From Ranitomeya imitator (taxonomy: Eukaryota): DNA of 64,000 nt. The notes below the pieces were generated by a model. That model saw only the letters and a list, made by a program, of their open reading frames with translations. It had not been told where the DNA came from and made no database searches. The position numbers were made by a program, and so were the translations under genes. Below, piece after piece: positions 1 to 11,329 of the stretch (position 1 is the first letter of the stretch; each line of letters begins with the position of its first letter). Location of the stretch: NCBI RefSeq assembly GCF_032444005.1, contig NC_091283.1, positions 27,032,001 to 27,096,000 on the forward strand. The letters are read 5' to 3'.

Positions 1-840
1 AAAAAAAAAAATATTATTCCCATAAATACATTTCTACATCTAAATAAGAAAAACAAACAATAAAAGTACACATATTTAGTATCGCCGCGTCCGTAACGAC
101 CCGACCAATAAAACTGGCCCACTAGTTAACCCCTTCAGTAAACACCGTAAGAAGAAGAAAAAAAAACGAGGCAAAAAACAACGCTTTATTATCATACCGC
201 CGAACAAAAAGTGGAATAACACGCAATCAAAAAGACAGATATAAATAACCATGGTACCGCTGAAAACGTCATCTTGTCCCGCAAAAAACGAGCCACCATA
301 CAGCATCATCAGCAAAAAAATAAAAAAGTTATAGTCCTGAGAATAAAACGATGCAAAAATAATTATTTTTTCTGTAAAATAGTTTTTATCGTATAAAAGC
401 GCCAAAACATAAAAAAATGATATAAATGAGGTGTCGCTATAATCGTACTGACCCGAAGAATAAAACTGCTTTATCAATTTTACCAAACGCGGAACGGTAT
501 AAACGCCTCCCCAAAAGAAATTCATGAATAGCTGTTTTTTGGTCATTCTTCCTCACAAAAATCGGAATAAAAAGCGATCAAAAAATGTCACGTGCCCGAA
601 AATGTTACCAATAAAAACGTCAACTCGTCCCGCAAAAAACAAGACCTCACATGACTCTGTGGACCAAAATATGAACAAATTATAGCTCTCAAAATGTAAA
701 AAGCGTCTTTCAGTGTGTGACGGCTGCCAATCATAAAAATCCGCTAAAAAACTCGCTATAAAAGTAAAACAAACCCCCCTTCATCACCCCCTTAGTTAGG
801 GAAAAATTAAAAAAATGTATTTATTTCCATTTTCCCATTA

Positions 841-1050
841 GGGCTAGGGTTAGGGCTAGGGTTAGGGTTATGGCTAGGGTTAGGGCTAGGGTTGAGGCTA
901 CAGTTAGGGTTGGGGCTAAAGTTAGGGTTTAGATTACATTTACAGTTGGGAATAGGGTTGGGATTAGGGTTAGGGGTGTGTCAGGGTTAGAGGTGTGGTT
1001 AGGGTTACCGTTGGAATTAGGGTTAGGGGTGGGTTTGGATTAGGGTTTCA
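841..1050 (+). repeat. Telomere-like (TTAGGG/CTAGGG)n degenerate tract inside the piggyBac-like element
   Basis: gggctagggttagggctagggttagggtta... read directly. Confidence 0.85.
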
Positions 1051-1059
1051 GTTATAATT

Positions 1060-2620
1060 GGGGGGTTTCCACTGTTTAGGCACATCAGGGGCTCTCCAAA
1101 CACGACATGGCGTCCGATCTCAATTCCAGCCAATTCTGCGTTGAAAAAGTAAAACAGTGCTCCTTCCCTTCCGAGCTCTCCCGTGTGCCCAAATAGGGGT
1201 TTACCCCAACATATGGGGTATCAGCGTACTCAGGACAAATAGGACAACAACTTTTGCGGTCCAATTTCTCCTGTTACCCTTGGGAAAATACAAAACTGGG
1301 GGCTAAAAAATATTTTTTGTGGGAAAAAAAATATTTTTTATTTTCACGGCTCTGCGTTATAAACTGTAGTGAAACACTTGGGGGTTCAAAGTTCTCACAA
1401 CACATCTATATGAGTTCCCTGGGGGGTCTAGTTTCCAATATGGGGTCATTTGTGTGGGGTTTCTACTGTTTAAGTACATTAGGGGCTCTGCAAATGCAAT
1501 GTGACGCCTGCAGACCATTCCATCTAAGTCTGCATTCCAAATGGCGCTCCTTCCCTTCCGAGCCCTCCCATGCGCCCAAACAGTGGTTCCCCCCACATAT
1601 TGTGTATAATCACACTCAGGACAAATTGGGCAACAAATTTTGGGGTCCAATTTCTCCTGTTATCCTCGGGAAAATACAAAACTGGGGGCTAAAAAAATTA
1701 TTTTTGTGGGAAAAAATTTTTGTTTTATTTTTATGGCTCTGCATTATAAACTTCTGTGAAGCCCTTGGTGGGTCAAAGCGCTCAAAACACATCTAGATAA
1801 GTTCCTTAGGGGATCTACTTTCCAAAATGGTGTCACTTGTGGGGGGTTTCTACTGTTTAGGCACATCAGTGGTTCTCTAAACGCAACATGGCGTCCCATC
1901 TCAATTCCTGTCAATTTTGCATTGAAAAGTCAAACGGCGCTCCTTCCCTTCCGAGCTCTCCCATGCGCCCAAACAGTGGTTTACCCCCACATATGGGGTA
2001 TCAGCGTACTCAGGACAAATTGTACAACAACTTTTGGGGTCCAATTTCTCCTCTTACCCTTGGGAAAATAAAACATTGGGGGCGAAAAGATAATTTTTGT
2101 GAAAAAATATGATTTTTTATTTTTACGGTTCTGCATTATAAACTTCTGTGAAGCACTTGGTGGTTCAAAGTGCTCACCACACCTCTAGATAAGTTCCTTA
2201 GGGGGTCTACTTTCCAAAATGGTGTCACTTGTGGGGGGTTTCAATGTTTAGGCACATCAGTGGCTCTCCAAACGCAACATGGCGTCCCATCTCAATTCCT
2301 GTCAATTTTGCATTGAAAAGTCAAACGGCGCTCCTTCCCTTCCGAGCTCTCCCATGCGCCCAAACAGTGGTTTACCCCCACATATGGGGTATCAGCGTAC
2401 TCAGGACAAATTGTACAACAACTTTTGGGGTCCATTTTCTCCTGTTACCCTTGGTAAAATAAAACAAATTGGAGCTGAAGTAAATTTTTTGTGAAAAAAA
2501 GTTAAATGTTCATTTTTATTTAAACATTCCAAAAATTCCTGTGAAGCACCAGAAGGGTTAATAAACTTCTTGAATATGGTTTTGAGCACCATGAGGGGTG
2601 CAGTTTTTAGAATGGTGTCA
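1060..2620 (+). repeat. Internal tandem module of about 390 bp (about 4 diverged copies) of the piggyBac-like element
   Basis: The motif tttaggcacatcag...gcgctccttcccttccgagctctccc...tcaggacaaat recurs. Identical ORF starts at 1888 and 2279 give a 391-bp offset. Confidence 0.75.
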
Positions 2621-2803
2621 CACTTGGGTATTTTCTATCATATAGACCCCTCAAAATGACTTCAAATGAGATGTGGTCCCTAAAAAAAAATGGTGTTGTA
2701 AAAATGAGAAATTGCTGGTCAACTTTTAACCCTTATAACTCCCTAACAAAAATAAATGTTGGTTCCCAAATTGTGCTGATTTAAAGTAGACATGTGAGAA
2801 ATG

Positions 2804-5327
2804 TTACTTATTAAGTATTTTGTGTGACTGTGTTTTAATTGCATAAAAATTCAAATTTGGAAAATTGCGAAATTTTAATAATTTTCGCCAAATTTCCGTT
2901 TTTTTCACAAATAAATGCAGGTACTATCAAATAATTTTTACCACTATCATGAAGTACAATATGTCACAAGAAAACAATGTCAGAATCACTGGGATCCGTT
3001 GAAGCGTTCTAGAGTTATAACCTCATAAAGGGACAGTGGTCAGAATTGTAAAAATTGGCCCGGTCATTAACGTGCAAACCACCCTTGGGGGTAAAGAGGT
3101 TAAAGGAAAAATAAATCCAAACCTAAAGGGCCCTGTGTGAAAAAGTGATTGCCCCCTAAACCTAATAACTGGTTAGGCCACCCTTAGGCTTTTTCTTTTT
3201 TTTTTTTTTTTTACACATACCGTGTTTTTCCTGGCCGTTTTTGCAGCCCCAATAGATTTCTATGGGGCCGCAAAATCGGCCAGCAAAAATTCCACTGTGC
3301 TCCGTGTGCCCCATGGCCGTGAAGGCCGTATTTGCGGTCGTGAAAAAAGATCGAGCCTATTCGATCTTTTTCACGGCATATGGACATGGCCCCCATTGCA
3401 AATCAATGGGTGCCACAAAAACAGCGGAAGTTGTTTTTGCGGTGCACCGTCACTTCCGATTTTGTGGAACGCCGTTTTTATTTTCCAATACTTCGTCTTC
3501 CCCAATACTTCTTCTTCCCAATACTTCTTGCGACCCATTTTGCGGCGATATTGCCCGCAAAAAAGGCCCGCATTAACGGGCCGCAAAAAACACGGCAAGT
3601 GTAAAAGTAGCCTTAACAGCAACAACTGAAATCAAGCATTTGCGATAACTGGTAATGAGTCTTTTACAACGCTCTGGAGGAATTTTGGCCACTCATCTTT
3701 GCAGAATTGTTGTAATTCAGCCACATTGCAGGGTTTCCGAGCATGAACTGTATTTTTAAGGCCATGCCACAGCATCCTAGTCGGATTAAGGTCAAGATTT
3801 TGACTAGGCCACTCCAAAGTCTTAATTTTGTTTTTCTTAAGTCATTTAGAGGTGGATTTGCTGGTGTGTTTTGGATCATTGTTCTGACTCAAGTGTGTTT
3901 CAGCTTGAGATCACAAACAGATGGCCGGATATTCTTCTTCAGGATTTTTTGGTTGACAGCAGAATTCATGGTTCTATGTACCACAAGTCAAAACAGCCCC
4001 AGACCATCACATTACCATCACCATATTTTCCTGTTGCTATGATGTTCCTTTTCTGAAATGCTGTATTACTTATTAAGTATTTTGTGTGACTGTGTTTTAA
4101 TTGCATAAAAATTCAAATTTGGAAAATTGCGAAATTTTAATAATTTTCGCCAAATTTCCGTTTTTTTCACAAATAAATGCAGGTACTATCAAATAATTTT
4201 TACCACTATCATGAAGTACAATATGTCACAAGAAAACAATGTCAGAATCACTGGGATCCGTTGAAGCGTTCTAGAGTTATAACCTCATAAAGGGACAGTG
4301 GTCAGAATTGTAAAAATTGGCCCGGTCATTAACGTGCAAACCACCCTTGGGGGTAAAGAGGTTAAAGGAAAAATAAATCCAAACCTAAAGGGCCCTGTGT
4401 GAAAAAGTGATTGCCCCCTAAACCTAATAACTGGTTAGGCCACCCTTAGGCTTTTTCTTTTTTTTTTTTTTTTTACACATACCGTGTTTTTCCTGGCCGT
4501 TTTTGCAGCCCCAATAGATTTCTATGGGGCCGCAAAATCGGCCAGCAAAAATTCCACTGTGCTCCGTGTGCCCCATGGCCGTGAAGGCCGTATTTGCGGT
4601 CGTGAAAAAAGATCGAGCCTATTCGATCTTTTTCACGGCATATGGACATGGCCCCCATTGCAAATCAATGGGTGCCACAAAAACAGCGGAAGTTGTTTTT
4701 GCGGTGCACCGTCACTTCCGATTTTGTGGAACGCCGTTTTTATTTTCCAATACTTCGTCTTCCCCAATACTTCTTCTTCCCAATACTTCTTGCGACCCAT
4801 TTTGCGGCGATATTGCCCGCAAAAAAGGCCCGCATTAACGGGCCGCAAAAAACACGGCAAGTGTAAAAGTAGCCTTAACAGCAACAACTGAAATCAAGCA
4901 TTTGCGATAACTGGTAATGAGTCTTTTACAACGCTCTGGAGGAATTTTGGCCACTCATCTTTGCAGAATTGTTGTAATTCAGCCACATTGCAGGGTTTCC
5001 GAGCATGAACTGTATTTTTAAGGCCATGCCACAGCATCCTAGTCGGATTAAGGTCAAGATTTTGACTAGGCCACTCCAAAGTCTTAATTTTGTTTTTCTT
5101 AAGTCATTTAGAGGTGGATTTGCTGGTGTGTTTTGGATCATTGTTCTGACTCAAGTGTGTTTCAGCTTGAGATCACAAACAGATGGCCGGATATTCTTCT
5201 TCAGGATTTTTTGGTTGACAGCAGAATTCATGGTTCTATGTACCACAAGTCAAAACAGCCCCAGACCATCACATTACCATCACCATATTTTCCTGTTGCT
5301 ATGATGTTCCTTTTCTGAAATGCTGTA
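2804..5327 (+). repeat. Essentially perfect 1262-bp direct tandem duplication (2804-4065 and 4066-5327)
   Basis: Seven ORF pairs are identical at a constant 1262 offset (for example 3222/4484). Junction microhomology ttactt. Confidence 0.95.
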
Positions 5328-6090
5328 TTACTTCTACGTCAGATCTAATGGGACATAGACATTCCAGAAAGTTCAACTTTTGTCAGTCCATAAAGTATAA
5401 AGTATTCTCGCCAAAGTCTTGGGGATTATCAAGATGTTTTCTGGCAAAACTCAGATGAGCCTTTGCTCTCATTGCTCAGCAGTGCTTTTGGTCTTGGAAC
5501 TCTGCCATGCAGGCAACTTTTGCCCAGTCTCTTTCTTATGGTGGAGTCATGAACACTGACCCTAACTGAGGCAAGTGAGGCCTGCAGTTCTTTAGATGTT
5601 GTTGTGGGGTCTTTTTTGACCTCTTGGATGAGTTGTATCTGTGCTCTTGGGGTAATTTTGGTCGGCCACTCCTGGAAAGGTTCACTATTGTTCCATGTTT
5701 TCACCATTTGTGGAGAATGGCTCTCACTGTGGTTCATTCAAGTTCAAAAGTTTTATAAATGGCTTTATAACCTTTTCCAGACTGATAGATCACAATTACT
5801 TTGTTTCCCATTTATTCCAGAATTTCTTTGGATCGCAGCATGATGTTTAGTTTTTGAGGATCTTTTGGTTTACTTCATTTTGTCAGGCAGGTCCTATTTT
5901 AGTGATTTCTTGATTGAGAATAGGTATAGCAGTAACCAGGGCTGGGTGTGGCTAGTTGAACTCCGTTTCCCAAAGAACTCAATCTTTGTCTAATATTTAA
6001 ATTTGTTTGGTGATCCGAAACATTTAAGTGTGAAAAACATGAAAAAGAATAGGAAATCAGGAAGGAGGCAAACACTTTTTCACATAACTG
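3133..6090 (-). mobile_element. Degenerate Tc1-like transposon (partly duplicated, interrupted by a MITE)
   Basis: Termini (c)tgtgtgaaaaagtg and cactttttcacataactg|TA. Transposase remnants MEWPSQNLDLNP and TKITPRAQ..LIQEVKKDPTTTSKELQASL...IRKRLGK. Confidence 0.85.
3187..3612. mobile_element. PIF/Harbinger-type MITE inserted in the Tc1 (second copy at 4449-4874)
   Basis: 3-bp TSD TTA on both sides (ccc-TTA-ggct... and ...gtagcc-TTA-acag), with a palindromic internal sequence. Confidence 0.75.
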
Positions 6091-6679
6091 TACATCACTG
6101 CTGCCCTCCACAGAGAACTACCCCACTGGCAGGAAAGACATGATTGCCTCAATCATCTCTCAGGTCTCCTTCACAAGTCCATTTAAAACCGGTACCGGTG
6201 TCATCAGCGGTTTCCTTTAGCGTGTCATCTGTGTGTTCCATTAGCGTGTCATCCGTGTGGTCATCACTGTTTTTCTGGTATGGATGAAGAAATAAATGAC
6301 AAATCTTCTCCTATACTTTGCAATGTTAAACACGTACCGCACACGGACTGTACACTGCTGCCATCCGTGTGCTCTACATGTTTTTCAAAGACCAGTAGAC
6401 TAGTATTGACCCTCGTCATCCATGCTACCATTAAAAAAAATGGACATGTCTCATGTTTTGCATGGACAGCAACATAAATTTAAAATGGGTATATCAGATA
6501 TCCGTTAAAAAAAATGTATAACACACGAACTGGAGACACAAAGGAGGCCTAACACTGCTTAAGAAAAATGGAAGCTCAGCTCTAATGGTCTGCATTGTTA
6601 AAATGAAAGCTGAGGTCTGATTGGCTATTCTGGTAAAAAGAAAGCCAAAATCTGCGAGGACTATGAGTTATGCTTAAGA

Positions 6680-7550
6680 CTATTATTCTGCACAGAAGGC
6701 ATGATGTTTTCCCCTAAGATTTTCTGATACTTGAGTGAATCCATGTTGCTCACCATACAATGGAGGTTTACAGTGCCACAGGAAATAAACCTGGGGCATC
6801 ACTGAGCCCCTGCCATGCCTCACTGTAGGCATCACAGAGCCCCCGTCATGCTTCACTATAAGCATCACCGAGCCCACGTCATGCTTCACTGTAGGCATTA
6901 CAGAGCCCCCATCATGCTTCACTATTATGATTACTGAGCCCCCGTCATGCTTCACTGTAGGCATCACAGAGCCCTGTCATACTTCACTGAAGGCAACAAC
7001 CAGCTCCCACTATATTCTCTATAGGCACCATCTTTTCAGTGAAGGCTTCACAATTCATCTTCCTGACATAATGCTCATCCACAGGCCCAACAAGTTTTAT
7101 TTTTATTTTATTCCTTTCTATCCTTTTGCCTCCTTGTCCTTGTTTGCAGAAGGAAAGTCTGTTAACAGGACCACTTTCATGACATTCCAAGAATATTAGT
7201 TACCTGGAGGACATTGCCCAAGAAGAATGGGCTAATATTCCTCGAGATCGTTGCCAGAAGCTGCTGTCTGACTACATGTCATGCTTACAACTGGTCACAC
7301 AAGCCATAAGGGAACTAAGTACTAAAGAAGCTGTCATGAAGAGGTGACTAATCTGAGACTGCAGTAGTCCGTAAAAGTGGTATTTTGTGGCGATACTGGA
7401 GAAACCACTTTTTATATTAGTGATGTTCAGGTATTTACATTGTTCTCATTTCATTGGTTTATTTCAAACATCAGAAAGTTTGTAAATTTTGCTAATTAGA
7501 ATAATTTGTTGGGGGTGCTCGGTGGGGTCAATGATTTTGATTGCAACTGT
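6680..7550. mobile_element. Rearranged Tc1-like remnant (minus-strand catalytic piece plus plus-strand C-terminal piece and TIR)
   Basis: Minus strand: VKHDGGSVM and KYQKILGENIMPSV. Plus strand: LEDIAQEEWANIPRDRCQKLL...STK. TIR ...ttttgattgcaactg|TA. Confidence 0.75.
6796..6993. repeat. 33-bp minisatellite (6 copies) derived from the Tc1 VKHGGGSVM coding motif
   Basis: Unit gcatcacagagcccccgtcatgcttcactgtag recurs every 33 bp; ORF 6683..6967. Confidence 0.9.
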
Positions 7551-7917
7551 ATATTTAATTGTATATGAGTATATTATGTATACTCTTAACAGCCATGTCA
7601 TTCTAAATCTATTCCTTGGGGCCGCTTCTTGTCTGAAATCTGTAATGAAATGAACTCGAGCTCTTTGATTGCAACAATTTGCTGTTAAAACCGCTTTATC
7701 TCTTGTCTAATAAAAGACACACAGCAAATTACCCAGCGAGGAGATTAGGCGCCGGGCAGCAGGGAAGCGTCAGGAGAGATGTTATTATCCAGGATGGAAC
7801 ACAACGTACGTTGCACTCTCCTTCTGATTTCAGGAATAAGATTTTCCTGAAAAGTGCCATATTGCGCAGTCATGGAGAATGGAGAGTTACTGCACCAGAA
7901 AGAGCCTAAAAAATCAG

Positions 7918-8205
7918 ATAAAGTAGAAGAAAACATGTTGGTCAAACTGCGCTGCTGGTTGTGTATTCACAATAACTTTGAGGTTTCAGATCATCTTTGC
8001 GGTTTTAATCTCAACGCGTTTCGAAGCATGGACACTTCATCAGGAGATCAGAACCACGATATTGAGGTTCTTCTGATGAAGAGATGTGCTAAGTAACTTC
8101 GAAACATGTTCAGATTAAAACCACAGAGATGATCTGAAACTGCATAGTTATTGTGAATACACAGCCAGCAGCGCAGTTTGACCAACATGTTTTCTTCTAC
8201 TTGGT
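7918..8205. mobile_element. Head-to-head inverted pair of Penelope-like pLTR fragments, each arm starting with a minimal hammerhead-like motif
   Basis: Arms 7918-8048 and 8068-8202 are diverged reverse complements. Both contain CTGATGAAG...CTTCGAAAC-palindrome-TT. Confidence 0.65.
8008..8048 (-). ncRNA. Minimal type I hammerhead-like motif
   Basis: Minus strand ATCTC-CTGATGA-agtgtccatgcttc-GAAA-CGCG-TT-GAGAT: 5-bp stem I, palindromic AACGCGTT stem III, weak stem II. Confidence 0.55.
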
Positions 8206-8722
8206 CTTTATGTTGAATTTACCAACCTGTTGGTGTTGCAGCTGCTACTAAAGCACAAACCTTCATTTTGATTCACGCAATCTCATAAGGTGAGCAGTTA
8301 CCGCATACTTTAATACTTCACTGGTTTATCAGTGAAAGACCCTACTGTGCTTGTCTTGTCCCCCCATGGCGGTTTAACAGTATTTTTTTTTCTGTAGCCA
8401 AAACCTTCACTCTTGGCAGTAAAAATACTGCGTTTTTCAGGTGGATTACATGTGTGATTTCTCTACAGTACATCTTAAAGCTAGTTTTATATATAAAAAA
8501 TGCAGCACAAATGTTATGCTGTTGTTTTGTTGAATTTTTGCACTTTCTCATTGCTTTATATGGGTGAAAAAACACTGCAAAAAAAGCTGAGAGAATTGAC
8601 ATGCTGCACATTTTCAAAAGTGCTGCAATGCTCAAATTCAGTCATAAAAATGCTGTGTGCGCATGAGATTTCTGAAATCTTATAACTTTTGCTGATACTG
8701 TGAATCGTAGCTTCATTTCTGT

Positions 8723-8890
8723 AGAATGTAAGCCCGCAAGGGCAGGGTCCTCGCCCCTCTGTATCAGTCCGTCATTGTTAGTTTGTTTACTGTATGTGAT
8801 ATTTGTAACTTGTATGTAACCCCTTCTCATGTACAGCACCATGGAATCAATGGTGCTATATAAATAAATAATAATAATAATAATAATAAT
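8723..8890 (+). mobile_element. L2-clade LINE 3' end
   Basis: tgtaagcccgcaagggcagggtcct...gtacagcaccatggaatcaatggtgctatataaataa followed by a (TAA)n tail. Confidence 0.75.
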
Positions 8891-9249
8891 TTCTGCAGAA
8901 ATAAACACAGCAAAAAATATATATATATATTATATATAAACTGCAAAAATGCCATGTGTGAACATAGCCTAAATCTTTTGGTCAGGCTTCCCAAGTGATT
9001 CCCTGTGTTACAGATTTGCAATGTGTCTGTACAATTCGGATGCTATACTGCGCCGCCGTATGGAGTCCAATGTTTTTTACGCACACATAGACTTGAGTGG
9101 GTGAGTTTCATCCAATTTACGGAAGAAACCAGTGAATGCTGCGATTTGTTTTCACATGCAAATTCGGTCATTGAGAAAAGGCCTTCATCTGCTCTGCCCC
9201 ACTGAACGATATTTTTCAGCGTGTCGTCCATTTTTCATAGATAGCACTT

Positions 9250-9556
9250 GCAAGGCTGTGGAGTCGATAAGTCAAACCTCTGACTCCTCAATTGTCCCGA
9301 CTTCACATCCCTGGTCACTACTGAGCATGTGCATAAAGTGCAGCACAGATTCATCTCAATTAAAAGCCGAGATCGTGAGATCAGGAACAGAACAGACATT
9401 TATAGGACATTTCATAACTTTCCAAAATTATTATGAAAACATTTACATTACATCTTGCACTGAACTACTGCACCCAATGTATTATACATTTTAAGAGTTG
9501 GTCCATTTTATACCGACTCCAACTCTGTCAAAATTGACACCGACTCCACAGCCCTG
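9250..9556. mobile_element. Non-autonomous DNA transposon (MITE)
   Basis: TIRs aggctgtggagtcg and cgactccacagccctg. Confidence 0.65.
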
Positions 9557-9941
9557 AGCACTTGGACAGAAAATACGCTCGTGGGAACGAGTCCTTACTT
9601 TCATACAACACTGGATACCCTTAGAATAAATGTCTGAAAGTCAAGCAGTCTGTTTTTTTCTTGTGAAGACCCCTGCTGTTAACAAGAACCCCAAAGAGCT
9701 ACAGGGTATTCTCAAAAGTTCCTGTCGCCAAAGCCAAGGATGGACAGGTTATAATTGGGCAATGAGAAAGAAATGGATTTTTGTCCTGAAGTCTGAGTGT
9801 TGACTGATGTATAATATGTGACAATAGATGTATGTTTTCTCTGGATATTGCAGTTAGAGTGGATCCCAGTTCCAGAGGATCCCCTCTCCCACCTCCCCCC
9901 AATCCCCAGAAGTAAATAATAGAGTATTTACCATTTCTAAC

Positions 9942-10153
9942 CTGTTTATGATGCTCTTGATTTGCGTGTCCTTCTCCATCTGCTGCTGCCGCAGCCTCTT
10001 CTCACTCTGCTCCAGGCGGGACTGATATTGCTGCAGCATTTTGCTTGTTTGCTCCTCCTGAGAGAGGAGACGGCGCTCATATTCTTCCAGCTTCCGGTTG
10101 GACATCAGGAGTCGCTCTTTCAAGGAGTAAATCTCCTCCTCATATTCCTTCAC
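9942..10153 (-). CDS. SYNGAP1: SYNGAP1 exon (about human exon 17): coiled-coil (trimerisation) region
   Basis: cttttag|GTG AAG GAA TAT ([30 protein letters not shown]...QIKSIIN) AG|gttaga; 212 nt. Confidence 0.95.
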
Positions 10154-10372
10154 CTAAAAGGATTGGTGAGATGGGAAGAAGAATAGAGTGGAGGAAAGAT
10201 AGAGGGGAAAAAGACACAATGAAAGGATAGAAGAGAGCGCGGAAGAACAATGGATCTCAGTGCACACAGAAAAGGACAGACTATGGAGGAAGACGTACAA
10301 CAGGAGAAAGGGCAGCAAGAGGTGAAGAGAGACAATTTATGATGTCCAGATCTGCAGGAGATATGTTCTCAC

Positions 10373-10546
10373 CCTCTCCAGACGACTCTCGTCCATGGAT
10401 TTTGAATACTCTTTCAATTTGTATTCTTCTCGTTCTATATGTGCGCTTTCAATGTCAGCGGACAGGTGAGGCATGTTTGACACCCAGGCAACTGTGCGTT
10501 CCGAGGCTGGAGTGACTGGGTTCAATGTGGCCTGTGCATGTGAGTG
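10373..10546 (-). CDS. SYNGAP1: SYNGAP1 exon (about human exon 16)
   Basis: ctctacag|CAC TCA CAT ([28 protein letters not shown]...SMDESRLER) AGG|gtgaga; 174 nt. Confidence 0.95.
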
Positions 10547-10627
10547 CTGTAGAGAAACAGGCCCACGTTACTAAAGAAATGGTCACAATGTAGAATATAA
10601 GAACTTGAATGTAGCTCAGAGACGTAC

Positions 10628-10901
10628 CTGCTTGGTTATGCTGGGTTTAAGTCCTCCTGCATCTTTCTCCACTGATTGCTGCCGTATTCTTGCTGCTCCG
10701 TACATTGGTTCGGGGCTTTGCAGGAGGTTACCGCTGCTTGGTCGGGGTTTATGGGCGGCCTGCACCGTCAGTTGTTGGGATTTGCCCCGGTGTAGGGGAG
10801 GGGGCTGTGAGTCTTGCCTCCGCTGCACTCCAGGGCCGATGGTGATTTGTGGAGGTGACAGCATGTGTTGCAGATTGTCTTGGAGGGAAAGCTGTCTCTT
10901 G
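10628..10901 (-). CDS. SYNGAP1: SYNGAP1 exon (3' part of human exon 15 equivalent)
   Basis: cattgcag|C AAG AGA CAG ([23 protein letters not shown]...RGKSQQL...RQQS...LKPSITKQ) CAG|gtacgt; 274 nt. Confidence 0.93.
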
Positions 10902-11028
10902 CTGCAATGTAAAGAAAAAGCACTAATTAAAATAAATCTGATGCAGAGGATATATATCCGCTGTCTAAATATACCACATAACAAACACACAATATAAGAC
11001 CCAAACAGTAGACACTAGTAGTGATGAG

Positions 11029-11329
11029 CGAATATACTTGTTGCTCGGGTTTTCCAGATCATGCTCAGGTGGTCTCCGAGTATTTGTTGGTGTTCGGAGA
11101 TTTAGTTTTCATCACGGCAGCTGAATGATTTACAGCTACTAGCCAGCCTGAGTACATGTGAGGGTTGCCTGGTTGCTAGGGAATCCCCACATGTAATCAA
11201 GCTGGCTAATAGCTGTAAATCAATCAGCTGCCGTGATGAAAACTTAAGCTCCGAACACTAATAAATACTCGGAGGTCACCCGAGCGTGCTCTGGAAAACC
11301 CGAGAAACGAGTACACTCACTCAACACTA
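11029..11329. mobile_element. hAT-type MITE, copy 1
   Basis: TIR tagtgatgagcga, palindromic body, perfect 8-bp TSD gacactag (11021-11028 and 11330-11337). Confidence 0.9.

Larger units (their letters stand above)
1..3099. mobile_element. Large non-autonomous TTAA-specific (piggyBac-like) element, left end outside the window
   Basis: Ends ...gggggtaaagagg|TTAA at 3099-3103. Its internal modules recur in reverse orientation at 17755-22590 and 31624-32581. No transposase ORF. Confidence 0.65.

Noticed and set aside
841-1050. True telomere or chromosome-fusion site
   Set aside because: The tract is short, degenerate, single-orientation and embedded in a TE within a gene region.
7887-7905. Candidate next SYNGAP1 exon: ttttttag|G CTC TTT CTG GTG CAG TAA (R-LFLVQ-stop), resembling RLMLVE
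   Set aside because: There is an immediate stop, no similarity to EELRRDH...LLDAQ beyond five residues, and the pyrimidine tract is supplied by the adjacent repeat arm. It cannot be supported without transcripts.
7854-8096. Plus-strand ORF containing MENGEL, similar to the SynGAP alpha2 tail ITENGEF
   Set aside because: It is on the wrong strand for the gene and runs into a repeat, so this is a chance match.
9854-9941. Read-through of the last exon ([29 protein letters not shown]) as a beta-like C-terminus
   Set aside because: A canonical GT donor is present at 9941, and there is no similarity to known isoform tails.
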